IMG/VR virus record: IMGVR_UViG_3300009124_000018
Span: 1-53,862 of that record
Direction: 5' to 3' (one strand)
Origin: a virus
Lineage: Duplodnaviria; Caudoviricetes
Length of the DNA stretch: 53,862 bases
Shown here: in pieces, positions 1 through 7,800 of the stretch
Layout: each line of letters begins with the position of its first letter
How positions within the stretch are numbered: the stretch's first letter is position 1
The notes under the pieces: model-generated
What the model saw: only the letters and a program-made list of their open reading frames with translations
The model's database searches: none
Told to the model about the DNA's origin: nothing
Made by a program: the position numbers and the translations under genes

Positions 1-17
1 GGGGGGCACCCCATGCC

Positions 18-48
18 TATAATGACTTCAGTTCAAACAAACACCATG
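18..48 (+). promoter_or_regulatory. Early promoter/leader unit, copy 1 (-10 TATAAT plus A/C-rich leader)
   Basis: TATAAT at 18-23 is followed by GACTTCAGTTCAAACAAACACC-ATG. A near-identical unit lies at 289-319. The upstream part is cut by the window edge. Confidence 0.7.
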
Positions 49-237
49 ACCAAGCAACAGACCCTCCAGGCAGCACGGAACATCATCACTGGCAAGCGTG
101 CTGCCTCCCTCGCTGATGTGACCCGCAACGACCTCAAGGCGGGTGCCCGTGCCATGGGTCGGGGTGCTGAGGCAGTCAGCAAGGCATCCACCCTCCGCCT
201 TGCCTTCTGGGCAAGCGTGGGCAAGAGCGCCATCTGA
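46..237 (+). CDS. Small basic early protein, 63 aa (MTKQQTLQAARNII...), hypothetical
   Basis: The ORF track gives 13..237. The start was moved to ATG46 because it follows the repeated promoter/leader unit, exactly as ATG317 does. Confidence 0.7.
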   Translation: MTKQQTLQAARNIITGKRAASLADVTRNDLKAGARAMGRGAEAVSKASTLRLAFWASVGKSAI

Positions 238-319
238 GGACAGTCGGGGGAGTGTCCCTCCCCCCTCGCTGCTGACCCCCCCTGTCTCTAGAATGACATC
301 AGTTCAAACCAAGACCATG
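238..319 (+). promoter_or_regulatory. Early promoter/leader unit, copy 2, with upstream inverted repeat
   Basis: GGACA(238-242)-N10-TGTCC(253-257) inverted repeat, -10 TAGAAT at 289-294, then GACATCAGTTCAAACCAAGACC-ATG317. Confidence 0.7.
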
Positions 320-541
320 ACCATCATCGATCGCATCGCAGGCAACGTCCGATTCTACATCGCTCGCCCCTCCAGCGCCGTCGCTGGAATCGAATTCTAT
401 CCTCTAACTGGCACCGCCTATTGTGATTGGAAATCGGGTTCAGAATCCATGCATAAGTGTAAGAAACGCCACATGCTGTTGGCATCACTCCCGATGGTAT
501 CTTTGGGTCGCTTCGCTAACACTTACTTGAAGGGTCGCTAA
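317..541 (+). CDS. Small early protein, 74 aa, KTSC-like domain
   Basis: In frame with ORF 143..541, with the start placed at ATG317 after the promoter unit. SSAVAGIEFYPLTGT...WKSG...SLGRFANTYLK resembles the KTSC pattern SS-x-I-x-Y-x-P...F-x-x-G...S-x-G-x-F-x-N-x-x-I-K. Confidence 0.6.
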   Translation: MTIIDRIAGNVRFYIARPSSAVAGIEFYPLTGTAYCDWKSGSESMHKCKKRHMLLASLPMVSLGRFANTYLKGR

Positions 542-550
542 ATGTAAAAC

Positions 551-610
551 AGTGGGGCACTAAGTAACACAAACTGTGCCCCACTAAGTAACACAAACTC
601 TCCGAGAGTT
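551..610. repeat. Interlocked direct and inverted repeats
   Basis: 18-bp direct repeat CACTAAGTAACACAAACT at 558-575 and 582-599. 10-bp inverted repeat AGTGGGGCAC (551-560) / GTGCCCCACT (576-585). Palindrome AACTCTC-C-GAGAGTT (596-610). Confidence 0.9.
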
Positions 611-710
611 AGTATAAAGCAGTCGGGGCGATTAGCGCCCTTAAATATAAGCGGCCGCTACGGTTAAAATGCATGGGTCCCTCCTAACCTACAAAAGTAT
701 CCCAACGAGC

Positions 711-718
711 GATAAATA
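711..718 (+). promoter_or_regulatory. Putative T4-type late promoter (GATAAATA)
   Basis: NATAAATA variant of the gp55 late consensus, about 45 nt upstream of ATG761. Confidence 0.45.
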
Positions 719-760
719 TCGAAGGGACCCCTATTTCTAAAAATTTTTCCCAGGTAAAAA

Positions 761-919
761 ATGATGAAAACCCCGATTGACGAAAAGTATCCAATGATCA
801 GTTATGACAGTTGGATTGATAGATTTGTACTAGATTGCCCTGATGGGGACACGGTGTATTTTAGGGACTACGAGGGTGCCGAGGATTACTTTGTATTGAA
901 CTACGAGAAATGCCAGTAG
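761..919 (+). CDS. Small acidic hypothetical protein, 52 aa (MMKTPIDEKYPMISYDSWIDRF...), not in ORF track
   Basis: Manual translation from ATG761 to TAG917-919. It overlaps the next start (ATG910). Confidence 0.55.
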   Translation: MMKTPIDEKYPMISYDSWIDRFVLDCPDGDTVYFRDYEGAEDYFVLNYEKCQ

Positions 920-1653
920 CGACTACATTCTATGCTGCCCAGCCGACTCCGAATAGTATTGTAGAGCAACCAGTAGTATGGACACCAATGGTATGGACTG
1001 CTGTGCAATGTACGAATCCGCCGCCGAATGGATCACCAGAGACATTTACAGTAACTGTCACGTCATTCAGTCCTAATATTGCTCCTGCAGCGTATAACGG
1101 AGATCCTGGGTTAGTTATTGATTTAACTGCAGTAGGGACGAATGCTGTAAGTGCCCAGTATGTGAATGGGATTGGCACAGCAGTTGCGAGTGTAACGTTT
1201 CCTGGTACGATTACGATGACAGTATCAGGAAAATATACTGAGTATTTGTTTCCGAATAAGGAATACAGGTATAGGAATGATGCTGGAGTAGTCCACGAGG
1301 CGACGACAACGACTTCAGATTCTGGGTATGTTGCTACTGAGGGAGTATTAAATCAAGATACTGCCTTAGTATTTACTGTATATTTGAATCCAGAGACAGG
1401 GGAACCAATTGCAGGTGTACCTGGGACAGGTATGATTGCAGAGATTCCCACTCCTGAGCATATGCAGCATTATATTCCAGATCCTGCATATGTTATTACC
1501 GTTACATATACGATTGTTATAACTAGTAGTTGTGTACCACCAGTAGGGGCAGGTACATTTACGACAACTCAGGGTGTCTATGACGATAAAGACATAGCAA
1601 CTCAGAGGTTTGTAGATAAGATTGCTAGTCAGACAAATCAGGGAGGACTGTAA
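910..1653 (+). CDS. Hypothetical, probably structural protein, 247 aa (Thr/Val/Pro-rich)
   Basis: Long ORF with beta-strand-like composition, directly upstream of the PAAR gene. Confidence 0.75.
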   Translation: MPVATTFYAAQPTPNSIVEQPVVWTPMVWTAVQCTNPPPNGSPETFTVTVTSFSPNIAPAAYNGDPGLVIDLTAVGTNAVSAQYVNGIGTAVASVTFPGTITMTVSGKYTEYLFPNKEYRYRNDAGVVHEATTTTSDSGYVATEGVLNQDTALVFTVYLNPETGEPIAGVPGTGMIAEIPTPEHMQHYIPDPAYVITVTYTIVITSSCVPPVGAGTFTTTQGVYDDKDIATQRFVDKIASQTNQGGL

Positions 1654-1656
1654 GAC

Positions 1657-1971
1657 ATGGCAGGTGTTACAAGATTAGGTGATAATAGCACAGGACATAT
1701 TTGTTATCCTGGCACACCACTTACAACCATCACCCCAGGTGCTGGCGGACCTGTGTATGTGAACAATGCTCTTGCAGGTCGTCTGGGAGATTTGTACACA
1801 GCACATTCGTGTACGACTCCAAATCCTCCTCCACCACATACTATCAGAGCAATTTCGAAGGGTTCGACGAAACTGACGTACATCAACGGGAAACCACCAG
1901 GCATTATTGGCGGGATTATCTCATGTGGAGACACGATTACTGTCGGATCTACGAATGTTTTTGCACCTTAA
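1657..1971 (+). CDS. gp5.4: PAAR-repeat baseplate spike tip protein (T4 gp5.4-like)
   Basis: TRLGD...GH, VYVNNALAGRLGD...H..C...H, YINGKP...SCGD...GSTNVF form the PAAR repeat pattern with His/Cys metal ligands. GGAGG Shine-Dalgarno upstream. Confidence 0.9.
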   Translation: MAGVTRLGDNSTGHICYPGTPLTTITPGAGGPVYVNNALAGRLGDLYTAHSCTTPNPPPPHTIRAISKGSTKLTYINGKPPGIIGGIISCGDTITVGSTNVFAP

Positions 1972-1974
1972 CGC

Positions 1975-2003
1975 TTGACAGGGCGGAAAAAATCTGTTAA
2001 AAT
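1975..2003 (+). promoter_or_regulatory. Host sigma70-type promoter
   Basis: TTGACA (1975-1980), 17-nt spacer, TAAAAT (1998-2003), with extended -10 TG at 1995-1996. Confidence 0.8.
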
Positions 2004-2033
2004 CACTTTGTTCTTTAAAAAAATCGCGTAATT

Positions 2034-2183
2034 ATGGCTGCTCGTTCAAAAATCGGACTTTCTGGCGTACAATTCGAACCAGGAAAACCAAAACTGACTC
2101 GTCAGGGTCGTTCGAAGAACACAAAACTGTCTGCGACTGCTCGTAACGGACGTAAAAAGCGTTATCGGGGGCAGGGTAAGTGA
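2034..2183 (+). CDS. Small highly basic protein, 49 aa (MAARSKIGLSG...KKRYRGQGK), not in ORF track
   Basis: Manual translation from ATG2034 to TGA2181-2183, downstream of the sigma70 promoter. I recognise the KRYRGQG ending from small marine T4-like phage proteins. Confidence 0.8.
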   Translation: MAARSKIGLSGVQFEPGKPKLTRQGRSKNTKLSATARNGRKKRYRGQGK

Positions 2184-2338
2184 GACCAGAGACCAGAAAA
2201 TCCATGGAAATGCTGTTTACTGCCAAATGGAACGTTCCAAAAGCAGCAGAAAACTGTAATTTGACATGGAAAGAGATGAAAATCACGTTCAATGAGTATT
2301 GTGCGTTCCATCCAGCGACTTATTCTAATGGTCAATAA
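2180..2338 (+). CDS. Small cyanophage hypothetical protein, 52 aa (MRPETRKSMEMLFTAKWNVPKAA...), not in ORF track
   Basis: GTG start overlapping the upstream stop (GTGA); ends at TAA2336-2338. Confidence 0.7.
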   Translation: MRPETRKSMEMLFTAKWNVPKAAENCNLTWKEMKITFNEYCAFHPATYSNGQ

Positions 2339-2341
2339 ATA
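2334..2341 (+). promoter_or_regulatory. Late promoter (AATAAATA)
   Basis: NATAAATA motif ahead of the 2397 ORF-gp25-gp6-gp7 run. Confidence 0.65.
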
Positions 2342-2346
2342 AAATT

Positions 2347-2392
2347 GGAGATAGCAACCTCCCAAAAAGTTCTGGAAACAGATTTTTGGAGG
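2347..2392 (+). promoter_or_regulatory. Structured 5' leader able to occlude the Shine-Dalgarno
   Basis: Hairpin GGAG-ATAGCAAC-CTCC (2347-2362) and hairpin CCAAAAA-GT-TCTG-GAAA-CAGA-TTTTTGG (2362-2389). CCTCC (2358-2362) is complementary to the SD GGAGG (2388-2392). Confidence 0.5.
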
Positions 2393-2396
2393 AAAA

Positions 2397-2588
2397 ATGG
2401 CAAATCATCCAATTCCAGACCAAGGTGAGGACTTTATTAAATCAGGAAAAGTACTAATTACCGATCCTAGATCTGATTACTACTTAAAACTGGCACAAAA
2501 ACCTGCCAATGACCCACCCAAGGACCGTTTAAGTCGCCCTTGTGGTGGTAAAGGTGGGTTTGACGACTATGCCGAATGGTTGACCTGA
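2397..2588 (+). CDS. Hypothetical protein, 63 aa
   Basis: ORF with GGAGG SD, directly upstream of gp25. Confidence 0.75.
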   Translation: MANHPIPDQGEDFIKSGKVLITDPRSDYYLKLAQKPANDPPKDRLSRPCGGKGGFDDYAEWLT

Positions 2589-2613
2589 TATATAAAGTAT
2601 AAAAACAAGTAAA

Positions 2614-3006
2614 ATGGTCAAGGTATCTAAAAAATTTGTTGATCTGAACCCTAATTTTGAGAGTCATCCTATTACAGGGGACGTACTTTTACTAAAAAAT
2701 GAGGATGCAGTCAAACATGCAATCAAAAACATTGTTTTGACTGCTCAGGGCGAGAAAGTTTTTCGCCCTCTTTTTGGTACAAAGGCAACAACAAAGCTTT
2801 TTGAACTATTTGACCCTACTGTTGCTGACGAAGTAACCGTTTCTATTGAAGATGCTATTCGACAGTATGATTCGAGAGTTAAAGTTGATCGAGTCGAATA
2901 CATTGATGATATCGATAACAACGCTTTAGAGATCACTATTTACTATGAAATCGTTGGACTTCCTTTAGATGCACAATCGCTAAACCTTATCTTAGAAAGA
3001 GTATAA
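2614..3006 (+). CDS. gp25: Baseplate wedge subunit gp25
   Basis: DLNPNF..HPITGD...AVKHAIKNIVLT..GEK.FRP.FG...LFE...I..AI..YD.RV is the GPW/gp25 signature; synteny with gp6. Confidence 0.95.
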   Translation: MVKVSKKFVDLNPNFESHPITGDVLLLKNEDAVKHAIKNIVLTAQGEKVFRPLFGTKATTKLFELFDPTVADEVTVSIEDAIRQYDSRVKVDRVEYIDDIDNNALEITIYYEIVGLPLDAQSLNLILERV

Positions 3007-4850
3007 TGGCTTTCAATACAGTCACTAATTTAGATTTTGAAGACATTAAGACAAGTTTAAAGGAATACCTACGTTCCTCGGAAACTTTTAGCGATTATAA
3101 TTTTGAGGGATCCGTTTTATCTCAAATTTTAGACGTATTATCATATAACACCTATTATTCCGCACTCAATGCGAATTTAATCGCAAATGAGGTCTTTTTT
3201 GACAGTGCATCCATCAGAGAGAACGTAGTTTCTCTTGCAAAGATTGTTGGATACACTCCAAGATCGGCAAAATCCTCAAAAGCGGTGATTTCAATGGAAA
3301 TTCCCGTGCCTCCGCAGATTGAAGCACTCACTTTGAAGAAAGGTGAGGCATTTTTAGGCACAAATTCCAATGGAAGTTACATTTTTTCCGTATTAGACGA
3401 TGTAACACGCGAAGCATACCTGAATTCTGCTGGAATTCGCGTAGTTACCTTTAGTGAGATTGAACTTTACCAAGGAAATCTCTTAAAAGTTCAATATACC
3501 GTAGATACTTCAACAAAACAGCACTTTATTGTTCCTAGTGCGAGCGCAGATGTTGACTTATTGCTCGTAACTGTAAATCAGAACAATACTTCAGCTCCGT
3601 TGACTTACAGAAAGTCAACAAACATCACAAATCTTAGACCAGACGATTTAGTATACTTCATTCAAGAGAATAAGAACGAACAGTTCGAGTTAATCTTTGG
3701 TGATAACGTATTTGGGCGTAAATTAGAAAATCTTGAAGTTGTAGGTATCGAATATTTGACCTGCAACCAAGATGAAGCAAACGAATGTTCTAATTTCCAG
3801 TTTACAGGCAATTTTACCTTTAATGGTGCTGTCATTCGAAATGTAAACCCAACAATCACTGTAAATCAGAGTTCTCTTGGTGGAGCAACACCAGAAAACA
3901 TCTCATCGATCAAATATCTTGCTCCTAGGTACTATGCAGCACAGAATAGAGCAGTCACGATCAAGGACTATGAAACTCTGATTCTTCAACTGTATCCAAA
4001 CGTCGAATCCTTCTCTGTATTCGGCGGGGAAGACGCTTCTCCACCTCAGTATGGTAAAGTATTCATCGCAGCGAAACCATACGGCGCAGAGACCCTTACA
4101 ACCACCGCAAAACAAGAATTACAAAAGGCAGTCAGAGAGTATACCATCCTTTCTGTCATTCCTGAGATTATTGACCCATCATATCTCTATCTTGAGATTG
4201 ATTCTTTCGTATATTACAATAATACTACTACAAAGCGTACAAAGCAGCAACTTGCCGAGATTGTACGTAATGTCATTCTAGGATATGGTGCTGATAAAGA
4301 TCTGAATCGTTTCAACGGTAAATTCAAGTATAGTAAACTGGTAGGAACCATTGATGATACTGATGTTGGTATCACATCAAACATTACTAGGATTAGAATG
4401 CAAAAACACATGAAGTTCCTTACCAATGTGTTTGCCTCCTATGAAGTTTGCTATGGTAATCGCATTTCACCAAATACTGATCTGAGATCTAGTGGATTTA
4501 AGATCACTGGTGAAAATTCAACCTATGTCTACTTCTTTGAGAAGATGGGAACCAATACGATTGCTATTTACAGACAGAATGGATCTGAAAAGATTTATTA
4601 CTCGAAGAATGCTGGAACAATTGACTATGAGAAGGGTGAAATAAATATTAATGCGATTAATATTAATTCTGCTGTAGGTGGTCTTGATTACATTGAACTT
4701 TCTGTTATTCCAACATCAAATGACATTGTAGCATTGAGAGATACCTATCTTTCAATTTCACAAGCAGATGTATCAGTAACTGCAATTCTTGATACGATCG
4801 CATCTGCTTCTAGAACATCAGGCGTCGGACAAATTCCAGTATCTAGTTAA
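3006..4850 (+). CDS. gp6: Baseplate wedge subunit gp6
   Basis: LDFEDIK.SLK.YL...DYNFEGS...LDVLSYNTYY, FGD..FG, GGA..E....IK..AP..Y.AQNRAVT..DY and PPQYGKVFI motifs. TAATG coupling to gp25. Confidence 0.97.
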   Translation: MAFNTVTNLDFEDIKTSLKEYLRSSETFSDYNFEGSVLSQILDVLSYNTYYSALNANLIANEVFFDSASIRENVVSLAKIVGYTPRSAKSSKAVISMEIPVPPQIEALTLKKGEAFLGTNSNGSYIFSVLDDVTREAYLNSAGIRVVTFSEIELYQGNLLKVQYTVDTSTKQHFIVPSASADVDLLLVTVNQNNTSAPLTYRKSTNITNLRPDDLVYFIQENKNEQFELIFGDNVFGRKLENLEVVGIEYLTCNQDEANECSNFQFTGNFTFNGAVIRNVNPTITVNQSSLGGATPENISSIKYLAPRYYAAQNRAVTIKDYETLILQLYPNVESFSVFGGEDASPPQYGKVFIAAKPYGAETLTTTAKQELQKAVREYTILSVIPEIIDPSYLYLEIDSFVYYNNTTTKRTKQQLAEIVRNVILGYGADKDLNRFNGKFKYSKLVGTIDDTDVGITSNITRIRMQKHMKFLTNVFASYEVCYGNRISPNTDLRSSGFKITGENSTYVYFFEKMGTNTIAIYRQNGSEKIYYSKNAGTIDYEKGEININAININSAVGGLDYIELSVIPTSNDIVALRDTYLSISQADVSVTAILDTIASASRTSGVGQIPVSS

Positions 4851-4853
4851 AAT

Positions 4854-7800
4854 ATGTTTAACGATTATAAGGTATCCAGTTCCGTAGAGAGTCAGGTATC
4901 TACGTTTACTGCTACTCAATACCCAAAACTTATTGAGTTCCTCCAGGAATACTATTCGTACATGGAGACGAATGGTAGTCCGTTGAATATCCTTTATGGT
5001 ATTCAGGATCTATTGGATACTGACACATATGATGATGTAACACCATATGCAATTCTTGCATTACCTTTGACTGCTACTAGCACTACAGTTAGAGTATATC
5101 AGCACGCAGAGTTTCCATTAAATGATGGATTGATCAAGATTTCAGATGAAGTCATTCTCTACAAGAGAAGACAGCATATTGAGGAAAACGGAGTAAAGTA
5201 CACAGAATTCACTGATTGTGTTAGAGGATATTCTTTTAATGATCTTTCTATAGAAGGAGAGTTAACTCCTAATGTTTCTACCTCTCCTAGAGATCATTTC
5301 GCAGGTAAGAATGTCTGGAACCAATCGTTCCTGTATTTTGGATATTTCTTAGAAAAGATCAGAAGTCAGTATCTGACAGAGTTTCCAGCAAATATCCTAC
5401 AAGAGAATTTTGAAAACCTTAACGTCAATACTGTAAGTAAGCGTATTAAGGATTTCTACTTATCAAAGGGAACACCAAGCTCGATTTCTTTCTACTTTAA
5501 GTTCCTTTTCCAGAAAGAAGCATCGATTATTAACTTTAAAGATTATTTGATGGCACCTTCTAATGCCATCTATCAAAACAAGAGTATTGTAAGGTTAGAA
5601 ACTCTTGATAATTATCCTCTGGGTGAATTAGTCAATAAAGGTGCTATTTTACTGCAGGGTGACTTTGAGTTTCCAGTTCAAACTGTAGAAAACATCTTCT
5701 CATTTGCAAGTCAAGTATTTGAGGTTGAGATCTCAAATTCCAATAATATTGTACCCACTAAATTCACCAAAGTTACAGCAAGACCCATCACAGAAAATGG
5801 CATTGTCTATCTGTACGTTGATTCTACCTATGGATTTGATAGAGAAGGTGCTATAAGAATTAGAGATTCAGTATACACGTATTATAACAAAGGATTCAAC
5901 TATTTCATTTTTGATGAATCTGAAAACCCAACTCTTTCTACTGATGTTGTAGGTCAATATGCTTATGATATTGATACTCTTGCAACAGTAAAAGAAAGAG
6001 ATGGCACAGTCAGAAATGACTCGTATTTCCTGATTTATGCTGGAGTTAGTGATTTTACGGTTGATAACAATTCAACATTCTATCAAGAAGGAGACCTGGG
6101 ATTTGTATCTAATGTTGTAGATGAAAATTCTCCATTAGTTACTACCTGGACATTTAATGATTTACTTCCAGTAAGATTAAATCAAAACCTCATTGCAGGT
6201 ATTAATACTATCTACACAGATGAGGAAAGTGTCTATGTTTATACTACGGGTCTTCCCTGGTATGAGTTAAATTCAACAATACTTAATTCTAATGATCTGA
6301 CGGTGACGGATGCTCGTCTAGTCACTAAGTTCCCAAGACAGTTTGAAAAAACTTACGAAGATAATAAGATTTCTACAGAACCCAATGAGCGTGTTGGATT
6401 GCTGAGAGATGGTACTTATATTAAGAACTGGAAGAGCGACGAGAGGGTAATTAGAGGTCGTTTAGAATCTGTATCCATTGTCGATGGTGGTGATAATTAC
6501 AACGTAAATAATCCTCCAGTTTTAGAATTTGAAGCACCTCTTGTAAATTCTATCGGCACATTTACTCATACTGCTGGCACATCAATTGCATCTCAGGCAA
6601 ATACCAGTTATGAAGTGTCTGTAACTAATTTGTCTGAATCTGTAACTGGATTTAGAATTACTAGAGGGGCATCTGGAGAGATCTCTGATGTCTCTATCTT
6701 AGAACAATTTACGGGAAGTGGATATACCGTTGGAGACACATTTGCAATCCAAGGTAGTGATATTGGTGGGCAATCTCCTGCTGATAATATTACCATTACC
6801 GTAACTTCTACTTGGAGTGGAACTCAGGCAACTGGAGAGTTGATTATTAATGGTTCTGTGAAGGAACTGTATCTTATTGATGGTGGATCAACGTATTTGA
6901 ATGACAATACAGTTATCACTATAATCAAAGACCCTACAGATACTGTATTTACTGGAGATAGCTTTAGAGATGCTGTATTAAAACCTGTTGTAGTTGACGG
7001 TCAAATTACTAAGGTTAGAATTATTGATCCAGGAACAGGATATACAAAACAACCTACAGTATTGATCACACCACAACTACCTAATGCTATTGCTGCAAAA
7101 ATTGGATTATTTGTTGGTGGTCCAATCCATAACGTAAATATTACCAATAGAGGTAGCAACTATCGTAAAAATCCAGAGTATCAAATTAAAAAGGGTGAAG
7201 GTGCCTCTGGACTACTCAACATTGAAAACGGCATCATTACAACCGCTTCTGTGATCACTGGAGGGGCAGATTATAACAGTCGTCCTATTGTCAATATTAT
7301 TGACGATTCTGATAATCCTGGTGTTGGTGGGCAAATCATTCCAACTTGGGATTCTGTCAGTAAGCAAATTCAAGATCTTATTGTTGTCAACGGTGGTTTA
7401 AATTACGATGACACTTCAGTAAGTATTTTAATCGAAGAATCTGGTTCTGGAGCAATCTTGCTTCCAGAGGCAACTTATTGGACAAAAGTTAATAATACTA
7501 ATCCTTTACTTTCCCAGTATTTTGATATTAATACTGGTGGTTTTTATGGTACTATTAAAACCATTACTGATTCTGGATCTACAATCAATTATTCTGTTTT
7601 AGGAGCACCAAAACAGTTACAGATTTTAAACAGAGAAAATAGAACAAGATCAACAGTCAATTTTACAAATTCAGCACAGCACTCGCCAATTATCGGTTGG
7701 GCATTGGATGGTGCTCCAATTTATGGTCCTTATGGATACTCAAATCCACTGCAAGTTAGTGCTATCAAAAAGATGGCATCTGGATGGAAGAAATTAACTA

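Noticed and set aside
143-316. N-terminal extension of ORF 143..541 (and the ATG13 start of ORF 13..237)
   Set aside because: It runs through the upstream gene and the promoter cassette; ATG317 and ATG46 fit the repeated leader.
551-599. Tandem 18-bp repeat as a CRISPR or mini-CRISPR array
   Set aside because: Only two copies with a 6-nt gap, no spacer-sized unique sequence and no cas genes.
1980-2950. Apparent enrichment of A/T tracts suggesting bent DNA
   Set aside because: Periodicity could not be established by eye and may reflect Lys/Phe codons. It needs an autocorrelation test.
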